Positions 45,242 to 54,353 of a stretch of DNA of 56,553 nucleotides are shown here, piece by piece (the first letter of the stretch is position 1; each line of letters begins with the position of its first letter). The stretch is from contig DAONFW010000006.1 of NCBI GenBank assembly GCA_035403785.1, forward strand, positions 1-56,553, given 5' to 3'. Origin of the DNA: Minisyncoccota bacterium (GTDB lineage Bacteria; Patescibacteriota; Minisyncoccia; Phycocordibacterales; UBA9973). The notes below the pieces were generated by a model. That model saw nothing but the letters and a program-made list of their open reading frames with translations, made no database searches and had not been told where the DNA came from. The translations under genes were made by a program, and so were the position numbers.

Positions 45242-46501
45242 TTATTTGGGAAAATAAGTAGAAGGATTAAGATAAGCGTTTGTAGCAGCGATTGGTTGAG
45301 TCAGAGTTTTTCCTGGACAAGCTTTACTTGGCATTGATTCTACGTTAACCGCATCTTTTGGATAAACAGAAATATGCAAATGTGGCCCTGTAGAATAACC
45401 AGTGTTTCCAGAATATCCAACGATTTCGCCTCGAGAAACTTTTTGACCTTTACTTACTTTTATCAAAGACAAATGTCCATAAGTAGTAGCCAAACCGTTG
45501 TCATATTTTAACAAAATAAACTTACCAAAAGACGCACCAGCGCATGTAGCATCTGTATCTCCAGAACCTGCGACAAAACCATCTGCCGCGGCTCTTACCG
45601 GCGTGCCCACGGCCGCTCTCAAGTCCAAACCTCTATGAACCGTGCCCCATCTCGTTCCAAATGGCGAAGTTATATAAATAGAATCCAACGGCCAACTCAA
45701 AACGCCACTCTTCGGCAATTTTGATTTATCCAAAATATATTTAAGTTGTGACTCATATTGGTCAACTTCTTTTTCGAGGGCTTCTTTTTCTGCCAATCTA
45801 TTTTTCAAAAGGGTTTGATAATTTGCTTCATTGTTTTTTGTTTGTGCTAATAATTTATTTTTTTCTGCAGCATTTTGATCAACAATTTTTTTCTGATCAG
45901 CCAATTTTGTTTTCAAGTTTTCAAGTTCAGTTCTAGCCAAAATACTTTCAGCACGAGAATCTTCCAAAACTATTTTATCTTGTTTTAAATCATTAATAAT
46001 CTCAATAAGTCTTTCTCTGACTGTTAAAATATTATCAACGTCGTTCCAAACATCTGAGAAATTATTTTTTGATAACAAAATTTCTGCCAATGAAAAATTT
46101 TCATATTCATCGCTGCGCTTAATATCTAATTTAATAGATTCTTTACTGTCATAAATAGCATCTTCTTTGTTTACAATCTGCGAACCTAAACTTTTTATTT
46201 TTAAATTAGTTTTATCTATTTTAACTTGAGTCACAGACATATCGGCAACTAATTTTTTTCGAGTTATTTCTAGTTCTTTTAAAGAATTTGCCAAAGAGTT
46301 TTTTTGTTGACCCAAACTATTTAATTCGTTTTGGTAAGATTTTATTTCTTGTTCAAGCTTTGCAATATCGTCATTTTTTTGATCAATTTTATCATTCAAT
46401 TCTTGAGCTGTTTCCGCATAGGAAAAAACCATAGGAACAATCAACAAAAGTCCTAATAGAAAAAACTTAAATTCCCTTTTGTAATCTTGAAATTGTCTCA
46501 T
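45242..46501 (-). CDS. M23 peptidase with long N-terminal coiled coil (EnvC-like)
   Basis: Signal/TM segment, ~230 aa of heptad-like repeats, and an M23 LytM domain (HRGLDLRA, GNTGYSTGPHLH). Confidence 0.85.
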   Translation of the reverse strand: MRQFQDYKREFKFFLLGLLLIVPMVFSYAETAQELNDKIDQKNDDIAKLEQEIKSYQNELNSLGQQKNSLANSLKELEITRKKLVADMSVTQVKIDKTNLKIKSLGSQIVNKEDAIYDSKESIKLDIKRSDEYENFSLAEILLSKNNFSDVWNDVDNILTVRERLIEIINDLKQDKIVLEDSRAESILARTELENLKTKLADQKKIVDQNAAEKNKLLAQTKNNEANYQTLLKNRLAEKEALEKEVDQYESQLKYILDKSKLPKSGVLSWPLDSIYITSPFGTRWGTVHRGLDLRAAVGTPVRAAADGFVAGSGDTDATCAGASFGKFILLKYDNGLATTYGHLSLIKVSKGQKVSRGEIVGYSGNTGYSTGPHLHISVYPKDAVNVESMPSKACPGKTLTQPIAATNAYLNPSTYFPK

Positions 46502-47906
46502 TTTTTCCTAAAATTTCTGAAATTATGAAAGGGTCTGGAGATTTGTCAAGACCAGACAAAGCATAGCGTATTGGATGTAGTAACTCTCCCCTACTTTCTA
46601 AATTGTTCGCAATTTCCATCAAACTTTCTTTAACATTTTCCTGAGTAAAATCTTGCTCTTCCATTTTTTCTAAAACACTGACAGCCAGTTTCAAATTTTC
46701 AGAAATTTTTTCTGGACTAGTATTTTTGAAAATTAATTTAGCTTTTTCATATTCTGGTTTTTTGTAAAAGAAATCTAATTCTTTAGCTTCAAGCATCTTT
46801 TTCACATCACTGAATTTAGAAATTCTTTCTGTAATAATTGGAATTAATTTTTCAATATTTTTTATTTCTTTTAATTCTTTTGGTAAATATTCAAAAATTT
46901 TATTTTTTAATTCCTCTGGATTTTTTTCAGCGAGCAATTTAATATGCTCTTTGTTTATCCAATCTAATTTTATATCATCCCACTGTGCACCAGCTTTTTG
47001 AATTCTATTTATATCAAAACTCTCTATTAATTCACTAACAGTAAAAATTTCTTTTTCGTCTTTTGGATGCCATCCAAGAAGTGCTAAGTAATTTAACAAA
47101 GCTTCTGGTAAATATCCCTCTGTTCTGTAATCTAAAATGTCTTTTGCGCCGTCTCTTTTACTTAATTTTTTTGTGCCACTTTCTCCCAAAATCGGCGGAA
47201 GTGTTACAAAAGTTGGCGGTGTAATTTCTAAAGCTTCATACAAAGCCAAAAACTTTGGCACAGAAGCAATAAATTCCTGCCCACGCATAACATGCGTCAC
47301 GCCCATTTCTATATCGTCAACAATGTGCGCAAAATTATAAGTTGGATAACCATCAGATTTTATTAAAATAAAATCATCAAGTGCTTCTGGCCCAGCAGAC
47401 AAATCGCCAAATATTTCATCGTGCCATTTGTAACTTTTAATTTCTGGCACTTTAAATCTAAGTGGTTTAGTGCCATCCCATTTTTCAAAAACTTCTGGCC
47501 TATGTTCTCTAAAAAGAAAAGCTTTACCAGCCAATTCAGCTTTTTCACGAAATCCATCAACTTCATCATTACTGTATGGATCAGAATAAGCCAAATTTTT
47601 TTCTATAAGTTTCTGCGCGTATTTTTTATATAAATCTAAACGTTCTGACTGTTTGTAAGAAGCATTCGGTCCACCAATTCCGGGTCCCTCGTCCCAGTTT
47701 AAATTCAGCCACTTAAGTGATTCTTGTATATGCTCAACAGAACCAGGAACTTCTCTTGCTTTATCAGTATCTTCTATTCTTAATATAAAAATGCCATTAT
47801 TTCTTCTAGCCCAAAGCCACGCATAAAGCGCTGTTCTAACTCCACCAACGTGCATAAAACCAGTCGGCGACGGCGCAAATCTTGTTACAACTTTCTTTTC
47901 GTTCAT
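46467..47906 (-). CDS. gltX: glutamyl-tRNA synthetase
   Basis: Class I motifs (RFAPSPTGFMHVGG, KLSKR), 479 aa. Confidence 0.93.
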   Translation of the reverse strand: MNEKKVVTRFAPSPTGFMHVGGVRTALYAWLWARRNNGIFILRIEDTDKAREVPGSVEHIQESLKWLNLNWDEGPGIGGPNASYKQSERLDLYKKYAQKLIEKNLAYSDPYSNDEVDGFREKAELAGKAFLFREHRPEVFEKWDGTKPLRFKVPEIKSYKWHDEIFGDLSAGPEALDDFILIKSDGYPTYNFAHIVDDIEMGVTHVMRGQEFIASVPKFLALYEALEITPPTFVTLPPILGESGTKKLSKRDGAKDILDYRTEGYLPEALLNYLALLGWHPKDEKEIFTVSELIESFDINRIQKAGAQWDDIKLDWINKEHIKLLAEKNPEELKNKIFEYLPKELKEIKNIEKLIPIITERISKFSDVKKMLEAKELDFFYKKPEYEKAKLIFKNTSPEKISENLKLAVSVLEKMEEQDFTQENVKESLMEIANNLESRGELLHPIRYALSGLDKSPDPFIISEILGKNETISRLQKGI

Positions 47907-48032
47907 TATTTTATTTTAGCATTTTTAAACAAAATAAGAAATTATATTTAATTTATTTGACTTTTATCATATTTTGTGATATTCTAAAAACAGAAAAAGT
48001 TAATTAATGTCAAACTTAAAAAAATAATAGCC

Positions 48033-48410
48033 ATGGACTTAATTGAAATTTTACAGACAAACGGTACTGGTCTGCTGTCAGGAACATGCAGGCTTGTTGA
48101 TCCTATTTATCTATCTTTTCATGATTTTTTCAAAACAACTGAAAAAAGTGGCGAAAAAAATATCCTGGTAGCCTTTTCGCTCAACGAAAAAAACCTCGGA
48201 AAATTTGAAATTAAATGCTCTGGTTTCATTTTCGAAAAAGAAAGAAAAGGTTATAAAAAATTATACGAAGACATGAGGGCCATCGGATTTCATGCTACGT
48301 TTCAGGAAATTAAAACAACTGGTCCGGTAAAAATCTGGTTTGAAATATTATGGGATCCTTACGAAGAGGAATTTGGTATCTTTAAAGCCATAAAACAATT
48401 CTATGCTTAA
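48033..48410 (+). CDS. hypothetical protein
   Basis: 125-aa soluble ORF with an upstream TTGACT-17-TATTCT and a strong terminator. No family recognised. Confidence 0.5.
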   Translation: MDLIEILQTNGTGLLSGTCRLVDPIYLSFHDFFKTTEKSGEKNILVAFSLNEKNLGKFEIKCSGFIFEKERKGYKKLYEDMRAIGFHATFQEIKTTGPVKIWFEILWDPYEEEFGIFKAIKQFYA

Positions 48411-48427
48411 ATCAAACCAAGCGCACA

Positions 48428-48454
48428 AGAAGCCCAAAAGGCTTCTTTTTTTTA
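48428..48454 (+). terminator. intrinsic terminator
   Basis: AGAAGCC (48428-48434) / GGCTTCT (48440-48446) followed by TTTTTTT. Confidence 0.8.
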
Positions 48455-48457
48455 TTT

Positions 48458-49588
48458 CTATTTCTCGTGAGATAAAGCGATATTTATGATTTCTCTAGCG
48501 ATTTTTTCAGCAGCGTCTGGTTTGCTGAAATTTTTAGCATTCTGTGACATACGAGCCCAAACATCTTTATTTTCTACTATGTTATCAATTTCGTGCACTA
48601 AAATATTTGCCGTCATGTTCATTTCTTCTATTACACTACATGCACCTGCGCGCGCATAATTAAACGCATTCTTTTTTGAATGATCAGCATTCGATTCTGT
48701 AAACGGAATTAAGATAGAAGGCACTCCCCAATTTGCTATTTCAAATAAAGTTGAACCAGCCCGCGACACTACAATCGTTGCAGCACCAGCTGCCATTTTC
48801 ATCTGAAGCGGCGACAAAAAAGATAATGGCATGTATCTGCCTTTGTTTGGATTTTCACCCAATACAACTTCAGCTTGAGTTTCAACCATTTTGAAATTTC
48901 GCACTCCAGTTTGGTGAATAATTTGATATTTTTCTACTAATCTTGATAATGCGTCTAAAATAGTATTGTTAATTAATTCTGCGCCTTGAGAACCGCCTAA
49001 AATTAAAATAACTGGTAAATTCGATTGAAATTTAAAATAATCTAAAGCTTTACTTTTTTCTTCTATTTTTTCTAATTCTGTTCTAATGGGCTGACCAGTC
49101 CAGGCAACTCTTTCTTTTGGAAAAAATTCTGCTGCTTCTGGAAAAGAAACTGCGATTCTTTTTGCAAATTTTCCAGCCCACATATTTACTCTACCAGGCG
49201 CAGAATCTGATTCATGAATCACTACTGGTATTCGCAATATTCTTGCTGCGAAAAGTGCTGGAAAACTAGCATAACCACCTTTTCCAAAAACAACATCAGG
49301 ATAAATAGAAAACATTTTAAACGTAGCTTTTATCACGCCGATTCCGGTTTTAAATAAATCAAAAAAGTTTTTTATAGAAGAATAAATACGTAATTTGCCT
49401 GCAGTTACTTCTCTAAATTCTAAACTATTTTCTGCCAAAGCTTGTTTATCATAAGGCTCGTTTGAAACATAATAAAGCTTTGCGCCAATAATTTTTTCTT
49501 GATCAATTATTTGATTTGTTTTTTGTGCTACGGCGATTATTGGAAAAAAATGTCCTCCTGTTCCGCCTCCTGTAAATACTATTTTCAT
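48458..49588 (-). CDS. murG: undecaprenyl-PP-MurNAc-pentapeptide GlcNAc transferase
   Basis: GGGTGGHFFP N-terminal G-loop and a GT28 C-terminal domain (SRAGSTLFEI). Confidence 0.92.
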   Translation of the reverse strand: MKIVFTGGGTGGHFFPIIAVAQKTNQIIDQEKIIGAKLYYVSNEPYDKQALAENSLEFREVTAGKLRIYSSIKNFFDLFKTGIGVIKATFKMFSIYPDVVFGKGGYASFPALFAARILRIPVVIHESDSAPGRVNMWAGKFAKRIAVSFPEAAEFFPKERVAWTGQPIRTELEKIEEKSKALDYFKFQSNLPVILILGGSQGAELINNTILDALSRLVEKYQIIHQTGVRNFKMVETQAEVVLGENPNKGRYMPLSFLSPLQMKMAAGAATIVVSRAGSTLFEIANWGVPSILIPFTESNADHSKKNAFNYARAGACSVIEEMNMTANILVHEIDNIVENKDVWARMSQNAKNFSKPDAAEKIAREIINIALSHEK

Positions 49589-49613
49589 GTTTTTATTTTT
49601 CTAAAAAATTAAA

Positions 49614-50717
49614 TTAATTTGTTTTTCTTTGATATTTTGAAATTTGCAAAACGATTCCCATCGCTGCTAAATAAATCATTAATGACGTTCCTCCGTGGCT
49701 CATAAATACCAACGGCACACCGGTCAGCGGAAATACTCCTACGATAGAAGCAATATTCATAAATGACTGCGCTAGTATCAGTATAACAATTCCGGCAACT
49801 AGAAGTCTACTAAACTGATCAGGAGACCTGTTTGCAATATAAAGCCCACGTAAAGCAAAAACAACATAAAGAATAATTATTATTACTGAACCAACAAAAC
49901 CCAATTCTTCTCCAACAACTGCAAAAATAGAATCTCCTTGCGGCTCTGGTAAATAGCTAAATTTTTGGATACTCTGCCCTACTCCACGACCAAAAATTCC
50001 ACCAGAACCAATTGCAATAAGCGACTGCTGAATTTGAAAAGAAGAACCTCTTGGATCTTGAGATGGGTCAATGAAAGTCTTCACTCTGTCTTGCAAATAT
50101 GGCGTAAAAACAACAAGACTAGCTAAAACTATTCCTATTCCCAAAAAAGTTCCAATTATATATTTCCACGGAATTCCAGCCATCAAAAGCATACAAGCAC
50201 CGGTCACTGTAATCAAAATAAAACTTTTTGTGTCTGGTTGTTTAAATAAAACTAACGCAATAATTCCCAACAATGCAACAAACGGAAGAATTCCAAATTT
50301 AAAATCTTTTATTTTAGCTTTTGCCCAAGACAACCATGCCGCAAAATAAATTACAAAACCGAATTTTAAAAATTCTACTGGCTGAAATCTAAAAAAACCC
50401 AAATCAATCCATCTTCGCGCACCACCATGTGCCCAACCAACATGCGGAATAAAAACTGCTGCAGTCAAAAGCACTGAGCCTAATAAAATATAAAAAGCAT
50501 ATTTCCGCCAAAATTTGTAATTTATTTTATAACAAATATACATTCCAAGCAGTCCTACACCCAATCCCTGCACTATCTGACTAAACAAAACAGAATAAAA
50601 AATATTTCTGTCTTTTGCTAAAATTCCAAGAGAAGCAGAAATAAACATCACTATTCCAATAGAAAGAAGAAGAATTAAAACCGTCAAAAAAAATTTATCT
50701 GCTTTTTTTTCTCGCAT
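49614..50717 (-). CDS. ftsW: SEDS-family peptidoglycan polymerase (FtsW by context)
   Basis: Ten-TM SEDS profile with the motifs RWIDLGFFRFQPVEF and LPEPQGDSIFAVVGEELG. It lies between mraY and murG. Confidence 0.85.
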   Translation of the reverse strand: MREKKADKFFLTVLILLLSIGIVMFISASLGILAKDRNIFYSVLFSQIVQGLGVGLLGMYICYKINYKFWRKYAFYILLGSVLLTAAVFIPHVGWAHGGARRWIDLGFFRFQPVEFLKFGFVIYFAAWLSWAKAKIKDFKFGILPFVALLGIIALVLFKQPDTKSFILITVTGACMLLMAGIPWKYIIGTFLGIGIVLASLVVFTPYLQDRVKTFIDPSQDPRGSSFQIQQSLIAIGSGGIFGRGVGQSIQKFSYLPEPQGDSIFAVVGEELGFVGSVIIIILYVVFALRGLYIANRSPDQFSRLLVAGIVILILAQSFMNIASIVGVFPLTGVPLVFMSHGGTSLMIYLAAMGIVLQISKYQRKTN

Positions 50718-50732
50718 TAATTTTAAATTTAT

Positions 50733-51788
50733 TTATCTGCTTATAACTACCAATATCATACCAACAATCGCAAAAATGATTGATAAAACCCAATAACGCA
50801 TTGTTACTTTGTATGATGGCCAACCGATTGCTTCAAAATGATGATGTAAAGGTGCAACTCTAAAAATTTTCTTCCCGTGTCTTAATTTTTTAGAAACAAT
50901 TTGTAAAATCACAGAAAGTGAAGTAACAACTAACGGCAAAGCAATAATTGGCAAAATCAAAACAGAATCTGTCAAAAACGCCAATGTTGCGAGAGTAATA
51001 GTAAGCCCCATCATACCGGTTTCTCCCATATAAAATCTAGCCGGCGGGATATTAAACCAAAGAAAAGCTAAAATAGAACCACCAATAACAGCTGAAAAAG
51101 CTGCGAGATTTATTTGGTTATTAGCAAAAGCAATGACAGAATAAGCAAGAAAAATTACAGAAAAAACTCCGCCGGATAGACCATCTATTCCATCTATCAC
51201 TCCACCAGAAAAAGTTGCTAACGCTACTATTACAAAAAATGGAATAATCAAAAATCCTAAATTAATTTCTCCAGCAAAAGGCACATGAATTCCTGTCATG
51301 CCCAATTTGTAGAAAAACCACAATCCAATTAAAGTAGAAATAAAAATTATAATTAAAGTTTTCCAACGTCTCCACGTTTTATCATCATGAGCAATTTTTC
51401 CTTTTCCAAAAATCTGTAATAAATCATCCCAAAGTCCTAACACTGCGCCAAAAAGCAAAGTGAAAAAAGGAATCAACGTCTGATCTCTACTTAAAAAATT
51501 TAATTTCCCGGTTAACTCATTTGGAAAAATTATAGAAATTAAAAAGAAAACTAAAGTGACAATCAATGCAGAAAACCAAATTATAATTCCACCGACTCTT
51601 GGCGTTCGTAATTCTTCTTTTTCGTTATGTATTTTTTGAAAATCTGCATTTGTAGTAGTTTCCGTTCTGGAATTTTTCTTCCACATTTTGTATTTATAAA
51701 AAAAATGCGTAGCCGTAGGAGTTATCAAAATACCAGTCAAAAATGCTAGCGCTGTTGGCAAAAATATTTTTACAAAATTTAGAAGCAT
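50733..51788 (-). CDS. mraY: phospho-N-acetylmuramoyl-pentapeptide transferase
   Basis: MraY motifs (TPRVGG, GLWDDL, NIPPARFYMGETG, APLHHHFE). Confidence 0.93.
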   Translation of the reverse strand: MLLNFVKIFLPTALAFLTGILITPTATHFFYKYKMWKKNSRTETTTNADFQKIHNEKEELRTPRVGGIIIWFSALIVTLVFFLISIIFPNELTGKLNFLSRDQTLIPFFTLLFGAVLGLWDDLLQIFGKGKIAHDDKTWRRWKTLIIIFISTLIGLWFFYKLGMTGIHVPFAGEINLGFLIIPFFVIVALATFSGGVIDGIDGLSGGVFSVIFLAYSVIAFANNQINLAAFSAVIGGSILAFLWFNIPPARFYMGETGMMGLTITLATLAFLTDSVLILPIIALPLVVTSLSVILQIVSKKLRHGKKIFRVAPLHHHFEAIGWPSYKVTMRYWVLSIIFAIVGMILVVISR

Positions 51789-51792
51789 ATAG

Positions 51793-52686
51793 TTAAGATA
51801 ATATCACATTTATTAATTTTTCCATATCAGAAAATCTACCATCCATCGTAGAACCAAGCACAGTAACGGCAATTTCGTGTCCTTCTTTATTTTTCAAAAT
51901 AATACTTAAATTTCCACCAGCCAATTTTGTATAACCAGTCTTAGAAAACAGAAGATTTGGTATTTTATCAGCAAGAATATTAGTATTCTGAACATTATGC
52001 GTCACCCCTGTATTAGACTTTATTTTCAACTCAGAATAAGCGGTGTTTGAAAAAATTTCTGGAAAATTCTTAAGCGCATAAGCATTCATTTGGTTTATAT
52101 CTTTTGCTGAAGCATAAGCTCCCGAACTTGCTTCGTTAATATCTAATCCCGTTTCATTTCGAAAAGCAAAATTGGTCATCCCGATTGTCTCAGCTTTATT
52201 ATTCATTTTTTCTAAAAATTTTTCATCTCCTCTTGCAAGAGCGTTAGCTCCATCATTTGATGACTGAATTAAAGTAAATTTAATTAAATCAGAAACTTTC
52301 CATTTTTCATTTAACAAAAGACCGTTGTCCCCTTCTTTTGCTAAATCTTCTTTAATAATCTCAATTTGATCATCAAGTTTTTTATTATCTAAGACAACTA
52401 AAACTGTAAGCGTTTTTACAACAGAAGCTATCGGAAATCTTTTATACTGATTTCTTCCATAAATTTCTTTGTTTTCTGTAATATCATAAACAGAAAAAGC
52501 TTTTGCCTGAATTGGAATATTCGCATATTTATTTATAATCAACTGCTGTTTCTTTTCTTGCTCTTGTACTTGCTTTATAAACTTTTGATTGTTTCTGTGG
52601 TTAAAAAAACAAAACAAAATTGCCTCTACGGCAATTATGATTAATATAAAAAATAAAAGAAGCTTATTCTGTTTCCCCATTTTCAA
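51793..52686 (-). CDS. S11-family D-alanyl-D-alanine carboxypeptidase
   Basis: TM/signal segment and SxxK (ASVVKTL), SxN (SSNDGA) and KTG (SKTGYT) motifs. Confidence 0.85.
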   Translation of the reverse strand: MKMGKQNKLLLFFILIIIAVEAILFCFFNHRNNQKFIKQVQEQEKKQQLIINKYANIPIQAKAFSVYDITENKEIYGRNQYKRFPIASVVKTLTVLVVLDNKKLDDQIEIIKEDLAKEGDNGLLLNEKWKVSDLIKFTLIQSSNDGANALARGDEKFLEKMNNKAETIGMTNFAFRNETGLDINEASSGAYASAKDINQMNAYALKNFPEIFSNTAYSELKIKSNTGVTHNVQNTNILADKIPNLLFSKTGYTKLAGGNLSIILKNKEGHEIAVTVLGSTMDGRFSDMEKLINVILS

Positions 52687-53383
52687 TTTCTTTTTCTATA
52701 TCTTCTAAAACTTGTTCAACCAATTCTGAATCTAAATTCTCTTCGCCACCAGAAATAATATTTTCCTCTAAATTTTCTTCTTCTTTTTCTTCTTCTTGCT
52801 TATCTTCTGAACTTTTTTCTATATTTTCCTCTTCTTTCAATTCGTCTTCAATATTTTTGGCAGCATCTTCCAAAGAAATATTTAATTCTCCATAATTTGG
52901 CAATTCTTCAACTGATTTAACTCCCAAATAAGACAAAAGCTCGAAGCTTGGCTTATAAATATACCTTCGACTATCTTTTTTATCTACTATTTTTTCAACC
53001 AAACCTCTGATAACCAAAGCTCTTAAAATAAAGCTTGAATTTACGCCTCTTATATAATCAATATCAGCTCTACTTGCGCCATTTTTGTATAAAACAATAG
53101 ACAAAGTTTCCAAACTTGATTTTGAAAGTTCTTTGTTTAATTCTTCTTTTTGCAAATCTGAAATCAAATCAGAAAATTCTGGATTTGTGCCAAGAGCTAG
53201 TTCATTTTCTTTTTCCATCAAAACAATCCCTCTGTCTGCCAATTTTGAATTTAAAGAAATAATTGCTTCTGCCAACTCTTCTCTGGAAACTTTCAAAATA
53301 CTTAGCAACTTATCAATAGTTACTGGTTCTCCTTTAAAAAATAATATTGCTTCGATTTTTTGTGCTAATTTTTCTGTATTCAT
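52664..53383 (-). CDS. scpB: segregation and condensation protein B with acidic tail
   Basis: Tandem winged-helix ScpB pattern (IEAILFFKGEPVTI, IRGVNSSFILRALVIRGLV) and a Glu-rich C-terminal ~60 aa. Confidence 0.85.
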   Translation of the reverse strand: MNTEKLAQKIEAILFFKGEPVTIDKLLSILKVSREELAEAIISLNSKLADRGIVLMEKENELALGTNPEFSDLISDLQKEELNKELSKSSLETLSIVLYKNGASRADIDYIRGVNSSFILRALVIRGLVEKIVDKKDSRRYIYKPSFELLSYLGVKSVEELPNYGELNISLEDAAKNIEDELKEEENIEKSSEDKQEEEKEEENLEENIISGGEENLDSELVEQVLEDIEKEIENGETE

Positions 53384-53392
53384 AATTATTTT

Positions 53393-54163
53393 TTATTCAT
53401 TAATTTCTAATACTATTTCTGTTTGTTCTATTTCTTCTTGCTCTTGTTCTTGCTTTTCTATTATTATATCTTCGAAATTACTTTCCTGCGCTGCGTTTAA
53501 TATTCCGTTACGTACAAGTTCTAGCATAGCAAGAAATCCGACAATTACAAAGACTTTTTCTTCTTTTGTCTGCACTTTTCCGGCAAATTCTCTAAAGTTC
53601 ATTTTGATAGAATTCTGAATTCTTTCTGTTAGCTTATCAATCATTTCATCAATACTAATAACTTTTTTAACTTCAACTTCTGGCAGAAAAATTTTCTTTG
53701 GAATTCTACCTAAAGCATCCGAAGCAAAAGCCATCATGTTTTCTTTTGTAATTCTTTCGTCTGGCAAAAATACAAGAAAATCATTTTTTCTTTCGTTCGG
53801 CAAAAAAATCATTTTCTGACCAAAAATTTCTTTTATATTTCTTGAAAGATTTTTATAAAATTCATACTGCTTTAATCTGTCTTCTAGATTTTTTATATCA
53901 GTCTCTTCTTCGTCTGTTAAGTTTAAATTCGGGAGTAAAGATTTTGATTTAATTAAAATCAAAGTAGCAGCAACAACTACAAAACTAGAAATTTCAGCCG
54001 GTGATAAATTCTGTAAACTATTCACATAATTCAAATAATCCTCTGTAACCTGCGCAAGTGAGATTTCGTTTATAAATAATTTTCTATTTTCTACCAAATT
54101 TAAAAGCAGTCCAAACGGACCTTCAAAATTATCTGTTTTTACTTTATAAATCTGCTCTTCCAC
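53393..54163 (-). CDS. scpA: segregation and condensation protein A
   Basis: FEGPFGLLLNLVENRKL kleisin N-terminus. A GTG start at 54163 is preferred because TGTTATAAT (hexamer 54175-54170, minus) lies 6 nt upstream. The track's longer N-terminus translates the promoter. Confidence 0.85.
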   Translation of the reverse strand: MEEQIYKVKTDNFEGPFGLLLNLVENRKLFINEISLAQVTEDYLNYVNSLQNLSPAEISSFVVVAATLILIKSKSLLPNLNLTDEEETDIKNLEDRLKQYEFYKNLSRNIKEIFGQKMIFLPNERKNDFLVFLPDERITKENMMAFASDALGRIPKKIFLPEVEVKKVISIDEMIDKLTERIQNSIKMNFREFAGKVQTKEEKVFVIVGFLAMLELVRNGILNAAQESNFEDIIIEKQEQEQEEIEQTEIVLEINE

Positions 54164-54235
54164 ATTTAAATTATAACAAAATAAGGCTTTTTTAAAAACC
54201 CTTGACAAAAAAATTTATCTTAGTATTATTTATAT

Positions 54236-54353
54236 GTATCTTCTTTCTTTTTTTGTTTTTTTACTGGGTGCTTCCCCACACCCAAAGAGCTACGTCGATT
54301 CAACGTAGCAAACCATCCAGGCCTCGCTTCCCTAAAAAGAAGTGGGGCTTTTT
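54236..54353 (+). ncRNA. unclassified small RNA candidate (~115 nt)
   Basis: Plus-strand promoter TTGACA (54202-54207), 16-nt spacer, TATTAT (54224-54229). Terminator GCCUCGCUUC (54321-54330) / GAAGUGGGGC (54339-54348) plus U5. The helices contain G-U pairs that become A-C mismatches on the minus strand. Confidence 0.55.

Noticed and set aside
54236-54353. Calling the scpA-pepA spacer RNA the SRP (4.5S) RNA
   Set aside because: The size and stand-alone signals would fit. However, the apical loop is CGAUUCA rather than GNRA, and the conserved GGAAGCAGCC / AGGUC helix-8 motifs are missing. GGAAGCACCC occurs only on the minus strand and in the wrong structural context.
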